A DNA stretch of 64,000 nucleotides, from the IMG/VR virus record IMGVR_UViG_3300025276_000032, positions 3,348 through 67,347 of that record, one strand, 5' to 3'. Positions 8,974-16,295 of this stretch are shown here, one piece after another; positions within the stretch are counted from its first letter, which is position 1, and every line of letters starts with the position of its first letter. The notes below the pieces were generated by a model. That model saw only the letters and a list, made by a program, of their open reading frames with translations, ran no database searches and was not told where the DNA came from. The stretch comes from a virus. The position numbers and the translations under genes were made by a program.

Positions 8974-9004
8974 TTGAAATATCCTTTATTAATTTATATA
9001 GTGC

Positions 9005-9012
9005 TATTTATA
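9005..9012 (-). promoter_or_regulatory. T4-type late promoter TATAAATA
   Basis: Exact consensus about 30 nt upstream of ATG 8973. Confidence 0.7.
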
Positions 9013-9014
9013 AT

Positions 9015-9090
9015 TGGTGCGAGAGGTAGGATTTGAACCTACGATCAACCCGTTATGAGCGGGGGGCTTTAACCACTAAGCTACTCTCGC
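9015..9090 (-). tRNA. tRNA with CAU anticodon (probably Ile2; Met possible)
   Basis: 76-nt cloverleaf GCGAGAG/CTCTCGC-ACCA, loop CTCATAA; CCGCTCATAACGG arm resembles alphaproteobacterial tRNA-Ile2. Confidence 0.9.
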
Positions 9091-9294
9091 AAATTTCGTG
9101 AGTATCTCGACAACATCAGCATCTAGCAACTTTGCGACTTGCATGGCTTGTTCTTTAGTGTCGAATACTAAATCATTTCTCACAGGCATTTGATAGATTT
9201 TATATCCTAACTCGCCTGTCATTACAATATGTTCTACAGTTTTACCGTTACGTTCTAATTTATACAACTCGTTATTCCTTATATTAAATTTCAA
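9076..9294 (-). CDS. Hypothetical protein within the RNA island
   Basis: 72-aa ORF, TTG start, stop codon lies inside the tRNA 5' end. Confidence 0.45.
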   Translation of the reverse strand: MKFNIRNNELYKLERNGKTVEHIVMTGELGYKIYQMPVRNDLVFDTKEQAMQVAKLLDADVVEILTKFARVA

Positions 9295-9445
9295 GGGTGG
9301 AGACTATGCACAATCCCCACCCCCTATTTGTCTTTATCGCGGACAACCACGCTCTGCTTTTCGTCGGTACAGAGTATTTACCGACCTAGTACCACCTTGC
9401 AAGGCTTTCATTCCGACTAGGGTTTCACTGAGTATATTACTCAGC
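9295..9445 (-). ncRNA. Putative structured RNA with two H-type pseudoknots and a terminal hairpin
   Basis: Stems CTGAGTA/TACTCAG, CCTAGT/ACTAGG, TCGGTA/TACCGA + CTCTG/CAGAG, CGTGG/CCGCG + TTGT(C)/(G)ACAA, and a 12-bp hairpin GGGTGGGGATTG/TAGTCTCCACCC. Confidence 0.6.
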
Positions 9446-9449
9446 TTCT

Positions 9450-9526
9450 TGGTGGACCCTACAGGACTCGAACCTGTAACCTACAGCTTAGAAGGCTGTT
9501 GCTCTATCCAGTTGAGCCAAGGGACC
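9450..9526 (-). tRNA. tRNA-Arg(UCU)
   Basis: 77-nt cloverleaf, loop CTTCTAA, GGTTCGAGTCC T-arm, encoded CCA. Confidence 0.93.
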
Positions 9527-9535
9527 TATTCTTTA

Positions 9536-9617
9536 TAGACTGCTTTTTGATACGCCCTTACGAACATGGGTTTTAGTTAGCCTTCCCTCTCCCACAGACG
9601 TACCAAAAAACAGTCTA
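9536..9617 (-). ncRNA. Putative small RNA unit 1 (about 21-bp terminal stem)
   Basis: TAGACTGTTTTTTGGTACGTC pairs with GGCGTATCAAAAAGCAGTCTA; non-WC pairs are G-U only on the minus strand. Confidence 0.65.
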
Positions 9618-9800
9618 AACTTCTTACTACTACGCCCTAGGATGTCTCAACGATTCGATATAACTCTGACCCTTTGCTGATCAGTATCTAATTGTTTCAT
9701 CGACAGTGAAATTGTTTAATGCTTTCTCTTCCCTCATTATGAGGAGGCTCGCGCAACATTTGACATTACTTCATTCACGGACGCAGTAGTAAGAAGTCTA
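9616..9800 (-). ncRNA. Putative small RNA unit 2 (22-bp terminal stem, multibranch interior)
   Basis: TAGACTTCTTACTACTGCGTCC pairs with GGGCGTAGTAGTAAGAAGTTTA; internal hairpins CCTCA/TGAGG, TTTCA/TGAAA, CTGATC/GGTCAG. Confidence 0.65.
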
Positions 9801-9930
9801 AGAGTACTTTTTAACAGGGTTATGTCCTACTGTCGGAACACATTCTTTATCGTTAGGTCTAGGTTACGTAACACAGACGCTCCCAAATCAAAACAGCAAA
9901 TAAAATTTGCACCCTGTTAAAAAATACTCT
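9801..9930 (-). ncRNA. Putative small RNA unit 3 (20-bp terminal stem, cloverleaf-like interior)
   Basis: AGAGTATTTTTTAACAGGGT pairs with ACCCTGTTAAAAAGTACTCT; three internal hairpins. Confidence 0.65.
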
Positions 9931-9938
9931 CTCTCTAG

Positions 9939-9986
9939 TGATTCTTTTTCTATAGTTATAATAGCATAACTAAGATACATTGTCAA
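9939..9986 (-). promoter_or_regulatory. Early promoter repeat copy 8 (drives the RNA island)
   Basis: TTGACA-N17-TATTAT, GATTC at 9940-9944; followed by non-coding units rather than an ORF. Confidence 0.85.
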
Positions 9987-10204
9987 CCCCTAATTTTCCA
10001 TTCTTCGCGGAGTGTGAGAAGGCGTAGCCTCAGCGTAGTTTCTCTTGCTTTTGCTGGATCTAATGCCCTTAGCTGAGTTTCTAGAATTTCGATGTATCTT
10101 TCTTGAACATTGACATTGGCTTTAAGACTGCGATTTCTATTGCCGAGAACCATCGCCTGCGTCTTAAAATAATCTAACTCTAAGTCTTGCAATTCTTGAG
10201 ACAT
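9983..10204 (-). CDS. Hypothetical coiled-coil protein
   Basis: 73-aa ORF with AAGGA SD. Confidence 0.65.
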   Translation of the reverse strand: MSQELQDLELDYFKTQAMVLGNRNRSLKANVNVQERYIEILETQLRALDPAKARETTLRLRLLTLREEWKIRG

Positions 10205-10216
10205 TGTATCAATCCT

Positions 10217-10525
10217 TTATATTCCGAAACTCTCGCCGCAGCCACATTGCGCTTTAGCTTGTGGGTTTTTGACGATGAGGTAGTTTCCACCTAATTCTCT
10301 AACGTAGTCAACAGTGCAGCCAAAGAGAAACATTTCTGCCATAGCGTCTACAACCAATGTGTTGTCTATAACTGTTCCCTTGCTATCATCTTCCACATAC
10401 GACCAATCATATTTAAATCCGCTACAGCCGCCGCCCTTTACTTCAAGGAGTACATAATTTTTTTCGGCAAGTACTAATTGCTCTATCATGTATTCTTTAG
10501 CAGCGGCTGTGAGCGCGAGTATCAT
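10217..10525 (-). CDS. HesB/IscA-family Fe-S cluster assembly accessory protein
   Basis: VKGGGCSGFKY and NPQAKAQCGCGESF. Confidence 0.92.
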   Translation of the reverse strand: MILALTAAAKEYMIEQLVLAEKNYVLLEVKGGGCSGFKYDWSYVEDDSKGTVIDNTLVVDAMAEMFLFGCTVDYVRELGGNYLIVKNPQAKAQCGCGESFGI

Positions 10526-10752
10526 TTAGACAAATCGCCGCTTTTTAGAATAGCGTCTACTAACTTATCAAAGTTGATTGTTGGTGTTGCTTTCTGCATT
10601 GAATTAACATTTGAACTGTCTTTTCTAATCATTTCCTGTAACTCCATAACTGACATAAATTCGCTCTTGGCAACTGCCCTGATAGGAGCATCCTGCATGG
10701 TAGATTTAATTAAAGCAGTACGACCATAACCGCCAACACTATTTATCCGCAT
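10522..10752 (-). CDS. Hypothetical protein
   Basis: Start corrected to ATG 10752. Confidence 0.55.
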   Translation of the reverse strand: MRINSVGGYGRTALIKSTMQDAPIRAVAKSEFMSVMELQEMIRKDSSNVNSMQKATPTINFDKLVDAILKSGDLSK

Positions 10753-10996
10753 TGATATACTCCAGCAATTCTTTGTTAGATGTTTCAAGGACAATCAAGT
10801 GACCGAAATACTTTTCGAAAACTCTGACCAATTTGAAATAGTCTGTTCCAGCACACATTTCAGACATGATAGGTGATGCCCTCAAACCCATTGAATGTGC
10901 ATATTGCTTTGCAATACTCATTAAGTAGAAGGCATTCCCATCAGGACCATCAAGATTTATCACTGTCTCGGAAGCAGGTGTGATCCCTCTAATCAT
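10739..10996 (-). CDS. Conserved phage hypothetical protein
   Basis: INLDGPDGNAFYLM...FEKYFG motif; start corrected to ATG 10996 (GGAG SD). Confidence 0.75.
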   Translation of the reverse strand: MIRGITPASETVINLDGPDGNAFYLMSIAKQYAHSMGLRASPIMSEMCAGTDYFKLVRVFEKYFGHLIVLETSNKELLEYINADK

Positions 10997-11134
10997 TTTT
11001 TTACTCCGTAAACACTTCTGTAAACTTCTTCCGCATCTTTCCAAGCATGACGCATTCCGATAACATATCCTATAGCTCCACTGAAAAGCATTACACCAAG
11101 AAGGATGATAGCTTGAACAAATTCTACAGTCATA

Positions 11135-11380
11135 TTATTCTCCAAAATTAACTAAAAGATCATTACCCGCAGCAATTGTCATACCATCATACTCAGTTTC
11201 ATACACGCCATTTTGTGGCTCACAATAAGGATTAACTACCCTATCTTGTTCTATAGCCCAGTCTTGTACCATTGAAGCAGATTGTTCACTTTGAACGTCT
11301 GGTGCATGAATGCGTAGAAGCTCATTAACGATTGCAGACTTTATTACAATTACTGGCTGTGGTGTGTTTGAGTCGATCAT
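11135..11380 (-). CDS. Hypothetical early protein
   Basis: Start corrected to ATG 11380. Confidence 0.65.
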   Translation of the reverse strand: MIDSNTPQPVIVIKSAIVNELLRIHAPDVQSEQSASMVQDWAIEQDRVVNPYCEPQNGVYETEYDGMTIAAGNDLLVNFGE

Positions 11381-11398
11381 AATATGAACCCTTTCAAG

Positions 11399-11446
11399 TG
11401 ATTCTGTTTCTACAACTAATGTAGCATATTCTACCAGCTTTGTCAA
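11399..11446 (-). promoter_or_regulatory. Early promoter repeat copy 9
   Basis: TTGACA-N17-TACATT, GATTC at 11400-11404. Confidence 0.85.
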
Positions 11447-11673
11447 CCTTTTTTAGTGGTTTTTACAATATCAGATACGATTTTTATTGCAAAGTCAACT
11501 TCATCCTCGTCAAGAGGACCTAGCTTTCCAGCATATGCATCACCGATCAATTTGTCGATGATTTGTTCTTTGTTGATTTTTGGCAAGTGATAGCCGTTTA
11601 GAATTGCGTGAACAGCAATTTCGTCAGCGCCCATATATTCTGGACCCATATCAAAATTAAACTCAAGTTTCAT
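11443..11673 (-). CDS. Hypothetical protein
   Basis: 76-aa ORF, AAGGAG SD. Confidence 0.7.
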   Translation of the reverse strand: MKLEFNFDMGPEYMGADEIAVHAILNGYHLPKINKEQIIDKLIGDAYAGKLGPLDEDEVDFAIKIVSDIVKTTKKG

Positions 11674-11684
11674 GTTAGCACTCC

Positions 11685-11870
11685 TTAACTTTTAGTTACA
11701 GCAGGACAGTCCTTCTGCATTTCAATTTTAAAGAAAGAGTTCATATCGTCCAATTTTTCATAATATGATTCAGCTTGCTGATAGTTAAAACCTGCTGCCC
11801 ATTCGGACAGTTTAATTTCTCCATCAACGTCATTATATGCCTTTACAGACCAGTACATTCTTTCACTCAT
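11685..11870 (-). CDS. Hypothetical early protein
   Basis: 61-aa ORF, AAGGAG SD. Confidence 0.7.
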   Translation of the reverse strand: MSERMYWSVKAYNDVDGEIKLSEWAAGFNYQQAESYYEKLDDMNSFFKIEMQKDCPAVTKS

Positions 11871-11896
11871 AATATAACTCCTTCACAAGTATTTAG

Positions 11897-11945
11897 TGAT
11901 TCTCTTGACTAAAGCTAGAATAACACAAAATGACGCTGTTGTCAA
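11897..11945 (-). promoter_or_regulatory. Early promoter repeat copy 10 (divergent)
   Basis: TTGACA-N17-TATTCT, GATTC at 11898-11902, spacing one nt longer than the other copies. Confidence 0.75.
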
Positions 11946-12076
11946 TCTTTTTCTTTTGGCTTTGGTATTGGAAGATTGCTCCAATCGTCGCAAGGATCAT
12001 CTGTCGGAACAGGCTTAGGGTAATGAGACATATATTATTGTCGCTTTTATTATTCATATCATATGTATTTATCACT

Positions 12077-12484
12077 TTAAGCTTTCCAACTATCATATAG
12101 TGCAGCTTCTTTATCGAAAGCATCTATTTCCCAGGGAAGATTATCATAGTCAACATTAGCGTAAGTTTCTCCATGCCATGTCTTAGCAACATCGTCAAAC
12201 GCGCCCGTCAGTACTTGTTGGACATGCACTAATTCGTGAAAGATCGTTGTGATGATAACGTCTACAGGCTTTTTGCTATTGACTTCTATTGCAGCAATTC
12301 CATCGTCCTCATCCTCGAGACCGTCAAAATAGCCACAGTTATCACCATTAGCTCCCTTGAAAATGATATTCAATTCTTTTATGACACCAGTATCAAGTTC
12401 AAGATTGTCGATTGCGTGTGACACTACAGAGTCCAGAATGTCCCAGCTAAGTTTGTCAGGTTTGTTAAATGCATCTAAGATCAT
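12077..12484 (-). CDS. HExxH metallopeptidase-like protein
   Basis: TIFHELVHVQQ...LPWEIDAF; start corrected to ATG 12484. Confidence 0.75.
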   Translation of the reverse strand: MILDAFNKPDKLSWDILDSVVSHAIDNLELDTGVIKELNIIFKGANGDNCGYFDGLEDEDDGIAAIEVNSKKPVDVIITTIFHELVHVQQVLTGAFDDVAKTWHGETYANVDYDNLPWEIDAFDKEAALYDSWKA

Positions 12485-12499
12485 GGTATCTCTTTCTAA

Positions 12500-12547
12500 T
12501 GATTCTTTTTCTACAACTAACCTAACATAATAATGACCAAATGTCAA
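12500..12547 (-). promoter_or_regulatory. Early promoter repeat copy 11
   Basis: TTGACA-N17-TAGGTT, GATTC at 12501-12505. Confidence 0.85.
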
Positions 12548-12550
12548 CCA

Positions 12551-13153
12551 TTATTTTCGTTTGGGATGCACTATTTCAACATTGTCTGGCACTTTAATTA
12601 GAGGATTCCCTTTGACTTGGTGTATGATAAACTGCGTTTTTGGAAATTCTCTAAACATATGAAACCAAATCGGGCGCCAGTTTTCAGTCAGTCTTTGAGT
12701 ATTCAAGTTGTCGCGAGGGGACGGCAAAATCAAATCTACTGCGCTAGTGATATCAAACGAAAAGATTGAATCGAAACCATACATATGAATTTCTTCACGC
12801 TTCAGTTTGTTAGCTGTGTAATGTACCGCCATGTGTCCACAATTAAAATCTGTATAATTAGCTGCATATTTTGGAAGGTGTAGATAAAACTCTTTTATTT
12901 GCTGAGAATACTTCAGATAAAAATCGTTTCTCATTTCCATCCATTTCTTAGGTCTAGCCCCAAGGGTCCAATCACCAGGCACTTCAAACACTCCCTCGTG
13001 AACAGCTTTCATCATTTTAAAATCTACCATAACTGTTGTGTATAAATTGTCAATGCCCGCTTGCGGCATATTACATGCAATTTTCAAACCTTTTGCTGGG
13101 GTATACATTCCGGCACTTTTGCCATTTCCTATAACATGGGCTACACTAGTCAT
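12551..13153 (-). CDS. GT29/Maf-like Rossmann protein
   Basis: HVIGNGKS...CN...NCGH...IHMYGFD. Confidence 0.55.
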   Translation of the reverse strand: MTSVAHVIGNGKSAGMYTPAKGLKIACNMPQAGIDNLYTTVMVDFKMMKAVHEGVFEVPGDWTLGARPKKWMEMRNDFYLKYSQQIKEFYLHLPKYAANYTDFNCGHMAVHYTANKLKREEIHMYGFDSIFSFDITSAVDLILPSPRDNLNTQRLTENWRPIWFHMFREFPKTQFIIHQVKGNPLIKVPDNVEIVHPKRK

Positions 13154-13841
13154 TGTTTATCATTCTCCTAATACGATCTTTGCCTTTGCGACCTGTCCAA
13201 TGGATACACTTTTTAGATTTACTGTCTTGTTTGTCGTTCTCAAGTTGTATTCTGAGCCAATTGTATTCATTTGGAATATCAGTTATATGTATCATTCTAT
13301 TAAGATCGCTTATCATCATATCATGTAGAACTTCTTGGTCGCCTCTGTTTGCTGCCCAATAAGCTTGAGGGTTTATATTTTCAACATGTTTAGCCCACTT
13401 GTATAATATTACAGGATCTTCCTCAACAGCGACAACTCCGGAGTTATGCCACTTGGACCGCGCTCGACTTGACCAAGGCTTATCTTCAACCATTGCCAGC
13501 TTGTTTGCCATAGTATAATCGAAAATATCTGAGATATCAGAAAGAACTTCAATGTCCGTATCTAGCCAGCAAGTTTTGTCGCATATCTTTGAGACTTTCA
13601 ATATTGCCTTTGGTTTAATAAACCAACCAGATACTTTAGTATTAGTCATATCAACTATATCAGAAATCCCTATTTCCAATAGACTATCTCTACAACTATC
13701 CGATACGCCAAAATCAGCGAATACTAAAGGAACGTCATTATGTGTCGTGTAGTTGCTGATAAACCAAGGCAACATCCACTCCTGGCTTTCATCACAGCCC
13801 GTAACAAATACTTTACTATAAGATTTCATATTTTTCACCAT
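13146..13841 (-). CDS. GT-A (GT8-like) glycosyltransferase
   Basis: WLDTD, NSGV, GDQEVL, YNW, HWTG motifs. Confidence 0.8.
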   Translation of the reverse strand: MVKNMKSYSKVFVTGCDESQEWMLPWFISNYTTHNDVPLVFADFGVSDSCRDSLLEIGISDIVDMTNTKVSGWFIKPKAILKVSKICDKTCWLDTDIEVLSDISDIFDYTMANKLAMVEDKPWSSRARSKWHNSGVVAVEEDPVILYKWAKHVENINPQAYWAANRGDQEVLHDMMISDLNRMIHITDIPNEYNWLRIQLENDKQDSKSKKCIHWTGRKGKDRIRRMINND

Positions 13842-14484
13842 AGCTATGTTTAGCTAAACATCCTTGCTTTCTCTGAATTGTTGTAAAAGTATCTTTTGCA
13901 ATTGCAGCATAAGGATACATTTCATTTAAAAAGTCAAATCTATCATTATGAATGAACACGTCCGTAGGACTAGCATCAATTTTTGCCCGATCAATTAAAG
14001 CTTTTGCTGCTGAACCGTTTAGCATATATGCGTGTGCGCCGGGTAGATATTGTTTAGAGACTAATTTGTTTACGCCTAGCTTTTTCGGCGTATGAAATTT
14101 GCCGTATGATGGTGCGCCGATAGAACATAACATAGGAACAGTACGTGAGTGCATTTTTGGCATGACACCAAGTTCACTTGTAATAACTGCATCGTGTTCA
14201 AATATTAAATATGCATCGTCATTTTCTTTTGCACACTCTTCCCAAAGCCTATGATGTGAAAGAAATGCAGACATGCAACGCTCAGGTCTAGAATAAACTT
14301 CAGTGAAACCTGCTGCTGGAATCCCTCTATCTTTTAACATTTTTTTAGGATCATCTTCTGGAATTGTAGCTTTCCACATTTCAACTCCTTCAATGCCATA
14401 ATCGGCAGCAGACATAATGCATCTACTAGCTGAACGGACAGACTTAGGAAAAGTTTCAATTGTTATCACATATGCTTTTATCAT
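13816..14484 (-). CDS. GT25-family glycosyltransferase
   Basis: AFLSHHRLW, IFEHDA, GAHAYML. Confidence 0.8.
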   Translation of the reverse strand: MIKAYVITIETFPKSVRSASRCIMSAADYGIEGVEMWKATIPEDDPKKMLKDRGIPAAGFTEVYSRPERCMSAFLSHHRLWEECAKENDDAYLIFEHDAVITSELGVMPKMHSRTVPMLCSIGAPSYGKFHTPKKLGVNKLVSKQYLPGAHAYMLNGSAAKALIDRAKIDASPTDVFIHNDRFDFLNEMYPYAAIAKDTFTTIQRKQGCLAKHSYGEKYEIL

Positions 14485-15287
14485 AGATTTCTTATCCTAT
14501 TGTTTGCCCTAATAACACTACTTAAAATGCAAGGTTCAAGGTTATTCGCCTGAAATGTTGCTTGTAATGCTTTCGTGTCTTTGGGAAAACACGCTCCACC
14601 AAATCCTCTATCACCGTCTGGTCCTGGCACCTGCATGTGAGATTTGCTGATACGATCATCTAGTCCTGCAAGGCTTGCAATTTCGTCATAATCCATATCG
14701 TTTCTTTCTTGACACAAATCGTAAATTTCATTGAAAAATGCAACTTTAACAGCGAGAAAAGAATTTCGTACATATTTAGTCATAATCAACTCAGGAATTG
14801 AAGAATAGATGGGCGTAAATTCTTTACACTTTGTAAATACATCAACCCAAAATTTGTCTGCCGGGGCTGATCCAAATACAAGTGTGTCCAGAGTGTTAGA
14901 ACCAAATAGTATCGTATCTTGATTTTTGAAATCTTCTACTGCATTTGCCGCTGTCAAAAATTCGGGACTAAATGTAATTTCTAGATGTGGATACATTTTA
15001 TCAATGTATTCCCAGCCCTCAAGGCTAATGGTACTTTTAATCAGTACTCTTGCTGAACCACCTTTGTTTTTAGAAATTTGCTCAAGCATTTCGTTTATAA
15101 CACTCATATCACATGAACCATCAACGCTCGAAGGCGTTGGTAGGCAAATGATATAGCCGTCGCTGATTTCGTTTTTCACTTCATTTGAAGTATATGCGGG
15201 ATCAACTATCGAAATGTCATAATGATCTTCCAACAGCGCATGTACAGCTTTACCAACAAATCCATAACCAAGTAATGTCAATTTCAT
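14481..15287 (-). CDS. ugd: UDP-glucose/GDP-mannose dehydrogenase family protein (no C-terminal domain)
   Basis: GYGFVG, CLPTP, IKST, SPEFL, GFGGACFPKD. Confidence 0.85.
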   Translation of the reverse strand: MKLTLLGYGFVGKAVHALLEDHYDISIVDPAYTSNEVKNEISDGYIICLPTPSSVDGSCDMSVINEMLEQISKNKGGSARVLIKSTISLEGWEYIDKMYPHLEITFSPEFLTAANAVEDFKNQDTILFGSNTLDTLVFGSAPADKFWVDVFTKCKEFTPIYSSIPELIMTKYVRNSFLAVKVAFFNEIYDLCQERNDMDYDEIASLAGLDDRISKSHMQVPGPDGDRGFGGACFPKDTKALQATFQANNLEPCILSSVIRANNRIRNL

Positions 15288-15299
15288 ATTATATTTCCT

Positions 15300-16160
15300 C
15301 TAGTAACTTTGAGCAAGTCGCCACTTCAAATAATCTAAACTCTCAATAGGTTCATACTTATCATTTCCACCCATAAGATTTTTAACCATCGTGCCGGGTG
15401 TTGGATCAACAAAGTGCGGCATGCTGTATCTAGTCTTATCTATATGGTCATTAACTACTCTATGTTTAGTGCTTTTAAAGTAATCATTTGTCCAACGCTG
15501 AAGTAAGTCGCCAATATTACATACGATGCCGTCTTTTGCATATGGAACTGGATGCCAATCACCCTGCAAATCTTGCACTTGCAAACCAGGAACATCATTA
15601 ATCTGCCATAGCAGCGTGATCGTACCGTAATCGCTATGCTCACCAATACGCATTTGACGATCTTCTAGTGGTCCTGTATAAGCGGGATAATGAATAACTC
15701 GGGTCGTATTGAACGGCTGCATGTGTGCGTCAACTAACGTAGTGCCTGATTTAAGAATTTCATCAAACATACTTAAAATGCGTAGTGTTAGCTTATCCGC
15801 GATTGTAATACTTTGCAACGCATTAGATTTAAATCCGTTCAACTCCACTGGCCACAGTTTATCGGGCATCCTCTGATTATTATAATTAAAGCTTTCTTTC
15901 ATATCTTTAGGTGCAGTAGGATCTACGTTCTCATCCCCAACAACACTATAGCCCAAGTTTGTATCGCCTTCATAAGGATATTTCTTCTTGGTCTCTAAAT
16001 TCAAATCAAAAAATGATTTCATTTTATCAAACCAACAGTCCATGTCAGACTGCTCTTTTTCACTAATAGCATTAATAAAAACTGCGAAGCCTACAGTAGT
16101 GTAAGCGTCATTGATATGCTGTAGTGCATGTGGACTTTTTAAATCAATTACTGGTATCAT
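15300..16160 (-). CDS. IPNS-family 2OG-Fe(II) oxygenase
   Basis: IPVID, HSDYG (HxD), NIGDLLQRWTND, H...RYS. Confidence 0.9.
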   Translation of the reverse strand: MIPVIDLKSPHALQHINDAYTTVGFAVFINAISEKEQSDMDCWFDKMKSFFDLNLETKKKYPYEGDTNLGYSVVGDENVDPTAPKDMKESFNYNNQRMPDKLWPVELNGFKSNALQSITIADKLTLRILSMFDEILKSGTTLVDAHMQPFNTTRVIHYPAYTGPLEDRQMRIGEHSDYGTITLLWQINDVPGLQVQDLQGDWHPVPYAKDGIVCNIGDLLQRWTNDYFKSTKHRVVNDHIDKTRYSMPHFVDPTPGTMVKNLMGGNDKYEPIESLDYLKWRLAQSY

Positions 16161-16182
16161 AATAATATCTCCATTTTATATT

Positions 16183-16289
16183 TGGCTCTGAGGGCAGGAA
16201 TCGAACCTGCACGAATAAATATACATTTACGTTAGTATATATTCACGGTATAAACAGTACCGCGCGTCTACCAATTCCGCCACCTCAGA
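16183..16289 (-). tRNA. Non-canonical 107-nt tRNA with GUU (Asn) anticodon and 35-nt variable region
   Basis: TCTGAGG/CCTCAGA-G-CCA; D arm GCGGAATTGGTAGACGC; CGGTA-CTGTTTA-TACCG; T arm GCAGG-TTCGATT-CCTGC. Confidence 0.85.
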
Positions 16290-16295
16290 TAACTT

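Noticed and set aside
9295-9930. tmRNA or RNase P RNA assignment for the non-coding island
   Set aside because: I could not find a GGGG/CCACCA tRNA-like domain, a tag reading frame or the RNase P P4 consensus; left as unassigned ncRNA.
7-12547. Dispersed repeats as a CRISPR array or integron attC sites
   Set aside because: Spacing is irregular and gene-sized, the conserved parts match -35/-10 geometry, there is no attC-like palindrome, and no cas or integrase gene is present.
14481-15287. ugd as a pseudogene because it lacks the C-terminal domain
   Set aside because: Catalytic motifs are intact, the stop is coupled to the next gene, and no remnant of the missing domain follows.
16183-16289. 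Reading this RNA as tRNA-Leu/Ser, tRNA-Sec or an intron-containing tRNA
   Set aside because: The perfect anticodon stem centres GUU, the fold is 7/5 rather than 8/5, and the extra sequence is in the variable region with no visible group I or BHB features.
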